A stretch of DNA of 64,000 bases from Octopus sinensis (taxonomy: Eukaryota), in assembly GCF_006345805.1 (NCBI RefSeq), contig NC_042998.1, forward strand, positions 19,406,001 through 19,470,000, read 5' to 3'. Below the pieces are notes generated by a model. It saw only the letters and a list, made by a program, of their open reading frames with translations. It did no database searches and was not told the DNA's origin. The position numbers and the translations under genes are program-made. Shown here piece by piece: positions 37,364 through 51,413 of this stretch. Each line of letters starts with the position of its first letter. The stretch's first letter is position 1.

Positions 37364-38487
37364 TATTGTTATATTTCGGAATGGCCATTTTGCCAGTTTA
37401 GCCAATAAAAACACACGCACTATATATTTGGTGTTACTTTGCTCCAGTGTTATTTATTTTCCTGTGACCGCATCAGTGCTCCTTTGTTTTCTTCTTTCTT
37501 ATTTGTGTCTCTCCTTACTAACCGTCAGCCATTTTGTATTTCTATTGTATGTCTTCATTTGCGCATGCTTATATCTCTATGTGCGTCTATGTTTATTTAG
37601 CGTGTGTGGGGGGATGCCTGTATTATTTGTATCTTCTGTTTATATACGGTCATGTAATTTGTTTTTGTTGTTGTTTTTGTTTATTCTTATTTTGTTCATC
37701 ACTACATATGCTTGTATTATCACTACATATGCTTGTATGTATGTATGTATAACGACAATACTAGTAATAATAATAATAAATCAAAAAATATATATATAGT
37801 TATTTATTTCTATTTGTTTATTTATCTGTGTATTTATTATGTTTTCGGGGTCCTCTACCATCATATGTTGTGGTGTGTGCTAGTGTTCCATTCTAGTTTT
37901 CTATTCAGACTAGGTTTATTTTCTTTTATGTGTGTAGCTTCTGTAATTTGTCTGATTGTTGCATCTGTATGGACAATATTTTAATTTCTATGTTGTTGAT
38001 TGATCCCCCGTGTTCCTGTTCGGCATGTTGGTACAGAATCGATGAGTTTTAACCTTCCTTGAGTTGTCTCCTATGTCCATTTGCCCGCTCTCCTATGCTT
38101 CTTGCCGTTTCCCCTACGTATGTCGTTGTCTTGTTACTGCATCGTCCCTCTATACACCTTATACTATAGACTACATTTCTGGCTTTACAGTTTGTTTGTG
38201 GGCTAAATCTACATGCAGTACAGTACTTATCCGTACAGGGGGTTCTACTAAAAGGATAGGTTTTACCAATTATCGATTTGATAGGGTTGCCTGGCTTTTC
38301 AACAACCTTATTCTTTAGCTTAAGTTTGTCTGGGGTTCTTCTAAAGCGGTACGCCAGTTCACCTCCAGGGGTGGTATCAACGAACATGACACTCTGGTAT
38401 TTATGGCTATCATACCAAGGGTTGGCCTTCCCTATTCTTTTTTTATTGGCTAGACTGGCAAAATGACCATTCCAAAATATAACAATA
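37364..38487 (-). mobile_element. 5'-truncated Penelope-like element (GIY-YIG EN, Neptune-like Cys linker) with inverted terminal segment
   Basis: CTDKYCTAC...NCKARNVVYSIRC...YVGETARSIGERANGH...SILYQHAEQEH...RQITEATHIKENKPSLNRKLEW; 47-bp segments 37364-37410 and 38441-38487 are inverted, 44/47 identical. Confidence 0.9.
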
Positions 38488-38544
38488 TCTGTTTCAACAC
38501 ACGACTTCACATAAAAAATCTTGCACAACAAATATATAAACGTA

Positions 38545-38610
<66 letters not shown>

Positions 38611-38689
38611 CATTATTATTATTATTGTTGTTGTTGTTGTTGTTGTTATTATTATTGAAGCGTTTCTCTATTATGATTATTTTATTACT

Positions 38690-38810
38690 TTTCAAATTAG
38701 TTTCACGCAAGCTGCTACTCCAACACTTTTCACACATCCGTACACCCAAGTCTTCTGCTGCATTTTGCACTTAACCTAATTGGGATGGACGGAATCAATT
38801 CGTTATGATA
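38690..38810 (-). mobile_element. Possible R4/Dong-like 3' remnant
   Basis: VQNAAEDLGVR..(frameshift)KVLE* resembles the QKAAxLGTxRILRKVL terminus; adjoins (AAT)n. Confidence 0.35.
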
Positions 38811-38986
38811 TGATGCGTAGTCTATTGTTTCTTTTTTATAACTTTGTTAAGACAGTGTTCACCGCAGTGTGCTATGTGCAATGTAGGTTGTGTTATTTTA
38901 TTGAGTCTTCTTTTTGTATAGGATATGTTGTGTCAGTGTCTTTTTTGTTTTACATTATTAGGTATTTATATATATATATATAATAT

Positions 38987-39024
<38 letters not shown>

Positions 39025-39139
39025 ATAAAATAATAATAATAATAATAACAAAGGGTGAAATTAATTAGTTACGAAGTAATCAGTAATTTTGCCAAGTAGA
39101 ATTCGGCATGTAAAAGTCCAATTCATGGTAAGTTAAGTA

Positions 39140-39446
39140 ATACTAAATAATTAGGGTTCAGCTACGATTTGCCTCACCACATTCTGAAGTTTAGAAATAG
39201 AAGTCAAAATCGTGGCTATTCTTTCTACTTTAAAGGGAGATCCCAGAGAAACCAAAGCACTCGAATGCAAACCACGCAGGTAGAAGGGAAAAAATGATGA
39301 AAATCATTCTATATTAAGTTGCTTTTGAGTGCTTTGGTTTCTCTGGGATCTCCCTTTAAAGTAGAAAGAATAGCCACGATTTTGACTGTTATTTCTAAAC
39401 TTCAGTATGTGGTGAGGCAAATCGTTGCTGAACCCTAATTATTTAG

Positions 39447-39449
<3 letters not shown>
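39140..39449. repeat. Inverted repeat, 131-bp arms (about 6 mismatches), 48-bp spacer, followed by (TA)n
   Basis: 39140-39270 pairs with 39319-39449. Confidence 0.95.
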
Positions 39450-39521
<72 letters not shown>

Positions 39522-39599
39522 TGTATGTTGGTGCTTCTTGTATTGAATTGATAGTGTCTTGCACAATAGTTTGGCTGTTCCTAGCAGAACAACTTTTAA

Positions 39600-40680
39600 A
39601 TAACATTTAGTGGTGTGGGTCAACGTATGACATTAATCTTTTTTTTTCTTTTTCGTACTTTTAATCATACCTAATGTACCAACATTTAGTTTTATTGCTT
39701 TCATCTTTGTGTCCAATATTTTAATTATTTCAGTTTCAAGATCTTTTTATTTGGATAATTTATCCATTTCCCTTTCGTAAATTCTGGGGAAAGAAATTTT
39801 TTTTTATGTCTTATAATGTAACACACTCACCGGTAAAATTTCCACTTATTTCTTACTTTTAGTTTCCTAAAATTTTCGTTGCGTCTTGCAACCTTTTCAA
39901 TAGTCTTGACTATTACATTATAAGGCACAAAAAGAAAGTGACAATCCCCAGACACAACAGAATATGTTTCAACACACGAACTCATATAACGAATCTTGCA
40001 AACCAAATCCTTTGGTAAATATTTCATCAGAAATGATTGAAATACCTATCAGTTTACATACTTTTTTTTTTTTTAAACAGGCATTTATTAGTATGTTGTA
40101 TTAGTAGAATTGATCTCTTGGTATGTTTGGTGCAGCGTATCTCACACAGTTGTGACCAGGTGATCGTCGTTTTTTACATGCTTGTATCATTCATTCATTT
40201 TCACATCGATACTTCCCGAGTGCATATTCAGAGTTGGCAAGGACTGAACGCTCGAATATAATATGTTGGTCAACTGTCTCATTGTGCTGGTTGTATATTC
40301 CGAATTTCATTTTGTTGTCCGTTTTCATGATACTTTTCTTATATTTATTTGTATTGTGCAGCAGGAATCAGTCCACCATTTGTGTCTCTTTAAACCATTT
40401 ATTATTTAACTTCAATTACTTCTAGTCTATCGAGATGTAAAGGTTATTGACCATGGAATGGGTTTTATCTCTGTTTCATCTCGAGTATGATTTGTAATTT
40501 CCTTTTGATATTGTTTCTGTCACATTAACAATGTTTGTTGAATTTATGTTTTCTAATTTTATCATTTCAGTGTCATCTTATTCTGTTTTGTATTTTATCA
40601 CTTCCTTGTCTATATAGAAGATTGTTATTTCTTCATGTTTCTTCATTATATTTATGAAACTTCCGTTCTTTTTGTCAAAA
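39600..40680 (-). mobile_element. Old R4/Dong-like LINE fragment
   Basis: Frameshifted HGQ, AAQ, NETVD.HII...VLANSEY (Zn-knuckle region) and EMDKLSK*KDLE...VGTLGMIK. Confidence 0.65.
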
Positions 40681-40703
40681 CAATTATCCCGTCGAAGGTA
40701 AAA

Positions 40704-40750
<47 letters not shown>

Positions 40751-41316
40751 ACAGCAGCAGCAGCAGTAGTAGTAGTAGTAGTAGTAGTAATAGTAGTAGC
40801 AGCAGCAGCAGTAGTAGTAGCAGTAAGTAGTAAGTAGTAGTGACAGCAGCACCAATAGTTGTAGAATTATGAATTCCTATTGTAACGTAATATTTCTCTT
40901 CATAGTTTTAAGAAAATATAACAGAAATTAATAACTTTAGTATGCAGAAAGGTTTACCATATCGCCCTATGTATAACCTACTTCTTTGTATTTTTTTAGT
41001 TTGCTTTTCTTTTTTTTTGTAGTTTACATTCAGTTTAAAGACCACATTATTTTTGCAGTACGCAAACCGTTCCAACTGTTGATGATTGAATGACATATAC
41101 CTTCAAAATTCCAATCTGAGCTATATTTTACACTAATCTCATTTGTCCGACCTAGAAATCCTCACACCACTGGCAATATATCAACCTAATTGAATGCATA
41201 TTTAAAGCCTGCATATACAGATCCTGCTACTTCATAGGTTTCATTTCTTCCCTTTCTAATATCAAATTGAGATATGGCTCCCTGTTGCAACATTGACAAT
41301 TCCACATAATGTTTCA

Positions 41317-41357
<41 letters not shown>

Positions 41358-41810
41358 TGCATACATATTTAATTACCTATCTACGCTGCATCTCATTCTT
41401 TTAGAGCGTACACGTTTTGTACATTCGTTACGAGTTTGTCAGTAATAAGTTGCTTGCTCTTGCCAACCAGTTCAAACTCCTGACCCATACAACAGATAAA
41501 TACGAGATGTGGCATGCAAGATGCTATAACGAATGCATCTGCACAAATTTCAACCTAATTCTATCAACAGTATCGACAATTTCCATCTCGGAATTTTCAT
41601 TGGTTTCAGAATTTACGATGCATCATAAAACAACTTATAATTGCGTTGTGTTGTGCTTCAAGACTTCCAAACATAATAAATATATACACATTAGAGACAG
41701 GGTTCTTCGCATTTGAGAATGTAGTACACAACATACATAATAGGCGCCATATAGCTAATTTGTTTTTGCTGTTAATACATACATACATACATACATACAT
41801 ACACACACAC

Positions 41811-41900
<90 letters not shown>

Positions 41901-42024
41901 GTATATTTGTGTATATATATATGTATGTATGTATATTTGTATATATATATACGCACACACAAATATATATATAACGGGAAGCTTTATGAAAATAAACAAA
42001 ATATATACGTATGTATACACACAG

Positions 42025-42060
<36 letters not shown>

Positions 42061-43792
42061 TAATATATATATATATATATATATTTACATATATACACCC
42101 GCATACAAATATATATATATACATATTTGATTTCGTGTGTGTATGGTGTAGGAGAGAAGTATTCTTACATTTACGAATGACGAATAATAATCCTCGTATC
42201 CACTATCAACTAAAGATTCAACTCCGAAAAATCGCAGAACGTGTACACATTTTTGAAATATCAAGTGTTTAAGTAAAGTACAAAAACACATCAATCCAAC
42301 GGATAAAAGGAAAAATTAACAAAATTAATCCGATCAGAACATTTCCTAGATCGGGAGATGCAGATGAGAGCAGCAACATCGAATTCCCTCATTCATCAAA
42401 TGCCACACATCAAAGAATGTTTCAAGTAGTGAAAATGTATCCTGGAGCTGAAAGTAGTTGGCGATAAAGAATATTTACACCAATGCGTCAAACCTTATGT
42501 ATATGTATATATATATTTGGTATACATATAATATATATATATATATATTTGTAAAATTTAGTATACAGTTATGAAAAAAAATACACGTACAATACTCGAG
42601 TATTTATTTTAATTAATGCAATTATAAGTTAGCTTCATTTTTTATATTTATCATGGCTATCATAATACTTTTATTTTAACTTGAGTATTGAACGCATATT
42701 TTTTTATATTCATAGCTGTATACTTACTGCTGAAGCCTCCTGTGTGTATGTTTTGTGCGGTTGTGTGGGTGATTGTGGATGTATGTATGTATTGGGAGAG
42801 AGGAATGCACAATTCCTTATATCCTGACAGACATAAAGACAGGTAGAAGTATAGATATATATATCAATCAAACTTCACCACCGCTAATATCTGCCGTGCA
42901 CTGAAAACTAATGCAACCACTGCACACCACCATTGCCAACACATTATCGCTGCAGTACCAAAACACGATGGCAAAATAACGAAGGAAATAAACAAATCAG
43001 TATCAAATATAAGCCAAGTTGAAACCATCTTCGGTCTTACAACATGGAGGATTGACCTGAGAGTAAACAGTAAAATCAATACAATTAGACAGAAGTGTAT
43101 GTCTAACTCTTTTATCTTGATCTAGAAAAATACTGCGACAGACATATTTTTAGCAAAACATTATTTCTTTTCATAATACACGAAGCATATCTAATGTTCT
43201 CAAATGAGTTTTCTAATAACCTGAGAGTAGAATTGATTACTAAACTTATTGTTCCATTGGTCTAGTTAACGATCTGATAGGTGATTTCGAGGGATGTTAG
43301 ATGAGATCTTTCAAACATTATGCCGTTTGAAGAAATATAGCAACAGTAGGAGTCTTTTGGAGGATGCCCAACATCAGGGTCGCCGTAGTTAGCAGAGCTG
43401 AGATATAGGATGAAACGAAACACTCAAATTTGAATGGTGCTTGGAAACAAAGTTCGGCGGACATAGGGCATCTGAGATTTACAAGATTTCCTCACGCAAG
43501 CATTCATAAAATTCTGAAAGATATTGTGACATTTGCAAACGATGTGAATTTTCAGGATGGTACGCACACACACACACACACACACACATACACACACACT
43601 CACACACACACACACACACACATACCACACACACACACATACACAAACACACACATATATATTTACAATTGTAAATACAACTTGTAGAATTTTAGAAAAA
43701 TATAGAAATAAATTTTTTAGACTCTTTAAAGATATACGTCTATCTGTAATGATAGATGAACATGTTGCTGTTAATTGCTTAGATATTGCCTT

Positions 43793-44085
43793 AAGAAGCC
43801 CGTCGTGTATATGTGTATATATGTGTGTGTGTGTGTGTGTGCGTGTGTGTGTATGTGTGCGTTTGAGTGTGTGTGTTTGTTCCTCCAACATCGCTTGACA
43901 ACAGATGCTGGCGTGTTTATGTCCCCGTTACTTAGCGGTTCGGCAAAAGAGACCGATAGAATAAGCACTGGGCTTACAATGAATAAGTCCCGGGGTCGAT
44001 TTTCTCGACTAAAGGCGGTGCTCCCAGAATGACCACAGTCACATGACTGAAACAAGTAAAAGAGTAAAAGAGAAAAGAGTAAAGA
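43793..44085 (+). mobile_element. SINE family B, 5'-truncated
   Basis: aagaagcccgtcg, microsatellite, body, gtaaaagagt tail. Confidence 0.85.
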
Positions 44086-44249
44086 GAAAGGAACGCTAGG
44101 AATTTAGCTGCCGTAGAAAAAGAAACATCCTAATTTAACATAGTTAATAACTTTAAATCGAATAAAAGTTCAGCTAGAAATAGAACCGAGATAACATTAT
44201 CTAAAGGAGTACATAGTAATAAAGAACTTGGTGGAAATGAATTTAATTC

Positions 44250-44720
44250 TTTAATGAATGATAAAATTAAAATTAAATCTGAGAGAAATACACGAGATTA
44301 TCTTGGCAATTGTTCTAAACGGGAATCCTGGAATTTGGAAAATAAGAGTAAGGCTAAAAGAGTAAGGCTAAAAATATAATGTATAGATGTAATGTTACAT
44401 CTGAGGGTAAGGAATTCTTTTACATCGGTGGGACATCATTAATTTTCTGGAGGAGACTGGCAAAGCCTTTGAGTTCATTTAACGACTAAATTAAAAGGTT
44501 CTAAACGAGTCTCAGCAAACTAATCTAGTTGTTTAAGGACGTCAACGAAGACTATACTATTAAATGGGAATTAATTTGTACTGCAAGGCCATACAAAGCA
44601 ATAGATGTAACGTATGTTTAGAAGAATTTGAATGGATTTTCACATCCAAGCGTAATATAGTAAATTCTAGACACATGGGGAAAATCACGTTTGCCAAGTA
44701 TAAATGAATAATGGACTAAA
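44250..44720 (+). mobile_element. Penelope-like GIY-YIG endonuclease remnant (Naiad-like motif set)
   Basis: GNCSKRESWNLENK / NIMYRCNV...YIGGT..F.RR...SSF...TSLSKLI...IKWELI..ARPY / RCNVCLEE...NIVNSR; stops and a 14-nt duplication present. Confidence 0.75.
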
Positions 44721-46947
44721 CATAATTATGCAATGAAAACTTAAAATGGATTCTGTTCGCATCTAACTTAACGGAGAGCTCTACTTTATACAACGCAGAG
44801 TTGATAAAAGAAAATCTTTAAACGCCTAAATCGAAGGATACGAAGTAAAGACCATGAAAGGACTGCGCTGATTTTAGATTAGGTTTACAATTGCAACGGT
44901 TACTAATTGGTGTAACATGTGGTGGTCACGTAAGACAGTATATAAATTAAAGAATTAAAGGCAGTGGTATGCCACTTCGTAGTAAACCTTACTATTAATA
45001 TATATATATATATATATATATAGGTATGCATAAATGTGCATATGTATGTGTGCATAGAGATACAATTATATATATGTATTCTCCATATACAGGAAAAAAC
45101 GTGCAAATATACACATATGCACACAGCCAGTCGCAAACAATTAGCGACCTCTAATTCAAGCAGCACGTTCTCTTTAATGAACAAAACAAACACTAACCGT
45201 TAATGAATTTTACTGACAATATCAATTATTATACAAGCAGCAAGCTTAAAAATGAGGCTCTGTATTGAATTCTTGAAATTTAGCTAAAAGCCACTGAATC
45301 ATATCGTAACGAGGATAAACATGAAGACGAGATGGGACTTCAAAGAACAAAATTAGATACTGCAGAATGCGAAAATAAATATAAACAGACACATAAGAAA
45401 AATAATAAAACAACAAAATATTCTTTCGTCTTGTCTGTTCCCAGTCTAACACTTTCTAAAAGCAACAACGTAACAACAATATCATATCCCAATATCAAAA
45501 CTATCTCTAAAATAAATATGTTGTCAATTATTTTTATAGTTAATTTCCAACAAGTTATTACAATTTCCTTATCTTGTCTATAGCAATAATATTTACTGCA
45601 ATATTCCCAACTCCAACCAAGCTTAAATACCTGAACATATATGACAACATAACCTGAACTATTTTGGTAAAGACATCTAGAACAAAAGAACAAGAAATGA
45701 AAACAATATAAAACTGTTTTCCTATCAGTCACCGCATCTCCGTTCATGCTAAAACTGTCGTTACTTCAGACAGCGTATCTTAGGCTGAATGTCCAATCAA
45801 TGTAAAAAGTGTTGAATAACAGATCCGAAAATATACATGAATACATTTAGTAAATACTAGACTGAAATCAGTAACCGTATCGAGGCAATCATCTAAAGTA
45901 TTGAATTATGTTACGCTTTCATGGACACACTTCATTGTGTATGTTTGCGTGTGTAATTTTTTCAGTATGTGTGTATGTTTATGTACCATGTGTACATCGC
46001 TAATATCTCTTTCGGTTCTGTATGTTGTGCCAGTCTATGCTGACCAGAACGTTAGTTTTTTGATTTTAGCGAGAATACTTCTGAATTTTGAACTATCAAA
46101 TTCACAGTATCAGTGCTCACGTACACCACCTACCATATTTTCATTAAACATAATTTAATCCAACGTGTTTGCTTTCGCAACAGTTTTGGTTGAAGATATA
46201 TTATTTGAGAAGGCGAGTGTTGCTAAATTCTTTATTTGCAAAATCACATAATATTTTGCTGAAATCCTAATTTTTTAGTCAGTTGGAAAAACTGTGTGTG
46301 CAGTGATAGTTTAAGGATTTATTTTTTTCGATTTGCTACGTGCGCTAGTACACATTCGGAAACGCTCATATCTTTGGGTTTATGTTTGTCATCAGAAATA
46401 CGTAGATTTAACATGTTAATAAAATCTTCGAAAGCCAGTTCTTATTGTTCTAAGAATACAACTCCTTTCCGATATGTATAGTATCTTGAGACCAATTCCG
46501 AAGTATCTGGGGTGGGACACTGCTCTAATACACTGCTTCATACATTTATGCCAGTTGAGTGCATGAATAGTATACTGATGTAAGTACAGGAAATGAAAAG
46601 CTTTGCTCACGTACACAACGCATAGCGTGTAGGAGTGAACCTATCTGCATTGCAGCCGATGAGAATGTAACAAAATATATAACGGCATCGTGGAAGAAAA
46701 TAGATAACTGTTAGTGTGAAAAACATTGCATTCGTCACAACTCCCAAACACAGACCTGAAAGACCGAAGAATATTAGAATTGCATTCTGTATAGGAGACT
46801 TGCGGGAAATTGCAACATTTTGCAAGATACCGTAAGAATCCGGAGAATGTTTCTTGAGATTTGAGAAAGCTATTCACCAAAACTTAGTTAATATATTTGC
46901 TAAATAAACTAGCATGTATTCAGTGTTGTACAACGAAGGATTCAAAT

Positions 46948-47329
46948 TTTGGCACAATGCAAGCAAATTCTTCGGGGGAATGAGTTGAGCCCATTGGCCC
47001 TCGTTCTCAAATAGTAGGGAGTTTATAGCCCCGGAAGGATGAAAGGCAAAAAATCGACGTCAGTGGAGTTTGAACTCACAAATGCCGTTAAAACTTTTGC
47101 CCAGCATGCTAACGACCTTGCCAGCTCGCTGCCTTATTACTGCTATAGTCACTGCTGCTGCTACTACTACTACTAAATAATAATAATAATAATAATCGTT
47201 TCTACTGAAGGCACAAGTCCTTGAAATTTGGTGGGAGGCGTCTAACCGATTACATCAACCCCAATGCTTCACTGGTACTTAATTTATCGACCTCGAAAGG
47301 ATGAAAGGCAATGTCGACCTCGGCGGGAA
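46948..47329 (-). mobile_element. Two SINE family A fragments (46948-47136, 47195-47329)
   Basis: ggatgaaaggca...gacctcggcgg and ttgccagctcgctgcc, the revcomp of the family A head and core. Confidence 0.8.
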
Positions 47330-47331
47330 TA

Positions 47332-47373
<42 letters not shown>

Positions 47374-47394
47374 TGTAGTAAGAAAAAGAATCGC

Positions 47395-47668
47395 TCTAGT
47401 AGTAGCAGCAGTAATAGTAGTAGTAGTAGTAGTAGTAGTAGTAGCAGCAGCAGCAGCAACAGCAGTAGTAGTAGTAGTGGTGGTGGTGGTGGTGGTGGTA
47501 GAAAATGAAGAAGAAGAAGAAGAAGAAGAAGGAGAAGAAAAAGAAGAAGAACAGGAAGAAAAAGAAGAAGAAGAAGAAGAAGAGAAGAAGAAGAAGAAGA
47601 GAAGAAGAAGAAGAAGAAGAAGAAGAAAAGAAGAAGAAGAAGAAGAAGAAGAAGAAGAAGAAGAAGAA
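47395..47668. repeat. Compound (TAG)/(CAG)/(TGG)/(GAA)n microsatellite
   Basis: Direct reading. Confidence 0.95.
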
Positions 47669-49093
47669 AAATACTTGCTTATTTGTTGATATTCCAGGTA
47701 TGTAAATGTAATGTCATCCTATATTTTTTTCTTCTGCATTTTACAACATTTCGTATTCAAATTACGTATCTGCAATCCTCACAACCAATGGAAAGTAAAG
47801 CTCATCAATTGTGTCCGTATATTTGTTACTGTAGCTACTGGAGATGTTCGCTATTAGATTATCCAGTTCTTCTCACTTTTCGAACCCTCACGAGGTATTG
47901 CCGTTTGCGAGGAAAACAGATAGATAAACTCATCAGAATGAGAGAGAAAAAAGAAAAACTTAACTAGCGATATGAAGAAACTAACTTATGTGCAACGAAT
48001 AAATTTGTGTGTCAAATAGAAAGCTTAATCGATATTTTCGCTACAACGGTGATAAATAAATACTAAATTAGCGGTTGCCAGTGGTATTGATTTAACGTTG
48101 TTTATATAATCAATGTAAGAAACATATTTGATATTTTTTCTGGCGTTTATCCATTTATTTGTCGTCGGATTAGACAATATAAAACTTGTCTGATTATCAA
48201 AGAAGCGTTTTCGAGAAAAGGTAACCTAAGCCGAGTCTTATGTGAAAGCAAATATATTTGCAAAGAGTCTCTCTACACTACAGCTGAATCAGTCTTTCTT
48301 CTTGAATGTTAATGACGATGGATAGATAGACTTCACCTATTATCAAGTATGGTTTATATTTATAAGCTGACAGTTCAGTTTGTGCAATGGAGACAAATAT
48401 TCGGTTGCATTAATTTCAGCATATTTCTGTTCTCAAAAAATACGGAAAATGTTTCAGAAAATTTAAATCCAAAAATGTGCTGGGGGGAAATTAAATAGAA
48501 TGGGTTATATAATTTAGCAAGACTATTAGCTTTACTTACTTGCACAAAACCCTAACGTAGACAAAATATGCTCTTACATGATTAAGAGACCCATAAATTT
48601 ATAATTAAGGTATTAACTGCGCAATGGCGAAATAAAAAAGTCCAGTCTGAACAGATCATAGAATTACCGTAAGACAACAGACAAGATTGTGTACAACATT
48701 ACACGATAAGAAATATCAAAATTGTGATATATTTTCTGAAACAATACACCACTTTTTGCTCTCACATACACACACTCACATACACGCGCACTCGCACGTA
48801 TGTATATGTATTCGCTAAAACACATGGAGTTCAAAGTTATTATAGTCAGGGTAATTTTCGCATATTTATCAGAGCACTACTGAAATCAAAATGAAAGTCA
48901 GTCGCATATTAACACCAGTATGCCATACGCGTTTAAACAATTGTAATGTAGACAAGAGCATGTATAATCGTATATGAATTTTTAAAAAAAATTGTAATAT
49001 GTTTTCTGAAACATGATAACACTTTTTTATCATTTCAGCAAATTGCAGCAAAGCATATTAGGAGTTTACTTTGGTGGTCATTCCTCTTAATTT

Positions 49094-49134
<41 letters not shown>

Positions 49135-49822
49135 ATATATATACATAAGATACATATACAGGGTAGCAAATATTCGTTATAAATATCACCAACAGTGGCC
49201 TAGCATGTATAAATAGTCAATAGACAACATATTCATATTTTAAAATAGTGTACATTTAAACACAAAAGAAAACTACCGTTTAACAGGTAAGTTTTACATG
49301 CCAGAAGAAGCAGCCAACACGGCCACAATCACGATTTAATAGCAATTTTCGAAGTAAATGAAAAATAAAACTTTTACTTTGTTATTTTTATTTGCGGTTA
49401 TACCATGATTTCAAATTTTTCTTGCAAAAAAGATTATCTGCCACCCTTTAATAGGACATTTAGCAAACGATATTACCCGCCAGGCGAATTCTCGTCAATA
49501 TATATATATATTCGAGATGCAGCCAGCATGGTCTCTGAGAGAAGTGGACAATCAATGAGCATTCATATCTTGTTTCTTCGGTGATTAATAGAAAAGATAA
49601 CGAATAAGCGAACAGATCTGTCGCTTTATTGGCTTGAAGAAAGCATTTGAAGATTGAAAGATGTTAAAGATGTGAACAACACGTGAGTTCACGTATGTTG
49701 ATTTCATGGCACAAATGGTGAAACAGGGCCAAACTCCTAAATATTTGGCATCATACTACTCGTCATCATCTGGGATATGCGCTACGTGCACTGAAGTAAC
49801 AGGGTGATGGTGTTGGTGGTAG

Positions 49823-50051
49823 AGGCGAGCTGGCAAAACCGTTAGCACGCCGGGCGAAATGCATAGCTGTATTTCGTCTGCCGTTACGTTCTGAGTTCAA
49901 ATTCCGCCGAGGTCAACTTTGCCTTTCATCCTTTCGAGGTCGATTAAATAAGTACCAGTTACGCACTGGGGTCGATATAATCGACTTAATCCACTTGTCT
50001 GTCCTTGTTTATCCTCTCTGTGTTTAGCCCCTTGTGGGTAGTAAAGAAATA
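49823..50051 (+). mobile_element. SINE family A with 14-bp TSD
   Basis: ggtgttggtggtag at 49809-22 and 50052-65. Confidence 0.92.
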
Positions 50052-50053
50052 GG

Positions 50054-50390
50054 TGTTGGTGGTAGTGGTAGTGACGTAGCGGTGATTGTTGTAATGGCGT
50101 TGGTGGTGCTTTTGGTGGTGGTCTTGATGGTAGCGACGTTGGTTTTATGATACTGGTCGTGATGGTAGCGATGTTGCCTGTTTTTATATTGGTAGTGTTA
50201 TTGTTCTTATAGTTATTGGTGTCCCTGGTGGTGATGGTGTTGGTGGTAGTGGTAGTGGCGTAGCGGTGGTTGTTGTGATGGTGTTGGTGGTGGTTTGGGT
50301 GTTCGTCATGATGGTAGCGACGACGTTGGCTTTTGTAATACTGGTCGTGATGGTAGCGATGTTGGCTGATGTGAGATTGGTAGTATTGTT
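50054..50390 (+). repeat. GGT-rich degenerate duplication (about 185-bp period)
   Basis: gtggtagtggtagtg(a/g)cgtagcggtg...atactggtcgtgatggtagcgatgttg occurs twice. Confidence 0.75.
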
Positions 50391-51207
50391 GTTGTTGTGG
50401 TTATTAGTGTCAGTAGTAGTGGTGGTGGTCATCGTCGTCGTCGCCGTCGTATAGCACACGAGATTTACATTATCAGGCAGGTGGTGTTAAACAAAAGTTT
50501 GTATTTTAATAGTGTGATTGTTCTTCTGCTTCATTTGCGATGTAATTCTCTGAGATTTTATGTTCGCTATGTTTTTCATTGTCCAGACATAAATATATAG
50601 TTAATTTCCTATTCTTTCCTACAAATGTATTTGTATATCTACCTTCTATTAGCACACAAATCTATTTTGCTATCTATTGTCTAAGAATAAGCGAGATTGT
50701 CTATCCATTTACATTTCCCCTACAGCTTTATCTACCTAACTTCGATATGCGTGTATGCGTAATGTATACACACACACGCACACACACATCAGCCATCTTT
50801 TCCCGAACGTCCTTCACGAATCTGTTTATAGAGATCAAATGTATGGGCCGCACACTAGCTCAGTCTGCATCAAATCGATATCGTCTGAACAGGTCCACGG
50901 GGTACCACCCATCAGGGGTGTCGAAATGATAGTTGTATATATAAATAAATGGAGTATAACGCAGGTGTAGATCAAATAATTTTACTTTCGAAACATGTTT
51001 CGAAAATTCCACTTATACTTTTCAAAAGAATAAATGGTATAAACAATGCAATTTTTGCTACCCTGGTAACTATTTATCTATTTTTTCCGTGTTAATTGTT
51101 GACAAGGTAAATATATACTCATCTATTTATATATATATATACCGGAGTAAACACATAAATGTGAAACAAGGTGGAAAAAAGAGTACTCAAATACCAGTGG
51201 TAGAGTA

Positions 51208-51413
51208 ATATGCTTTATTTTAAGCAGCAGAAAATTCAACAAAATCTGTTACTCTGAGTTTCTCGTTGCCGTTCATCAGACAGTTTTTGCTAGAATGGAA
51301 CCGATATATAGGAATTGATATATCGGTTCCATTCTAGCAAAAACTGTCTGATGAACGGCAACGAGAAACTCAGAGTAACAGATTTCGTTGAATTTTCTGC
51401 TGCTTAAAATAAA

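Noticed and set aside
50986-51005. 20-bp perfect palindrome tttcgaaacatgtttcgaaa
   Set aside because: It resembles an HHR GAAA-catg-U segment but has no upstream core box; too short to assign
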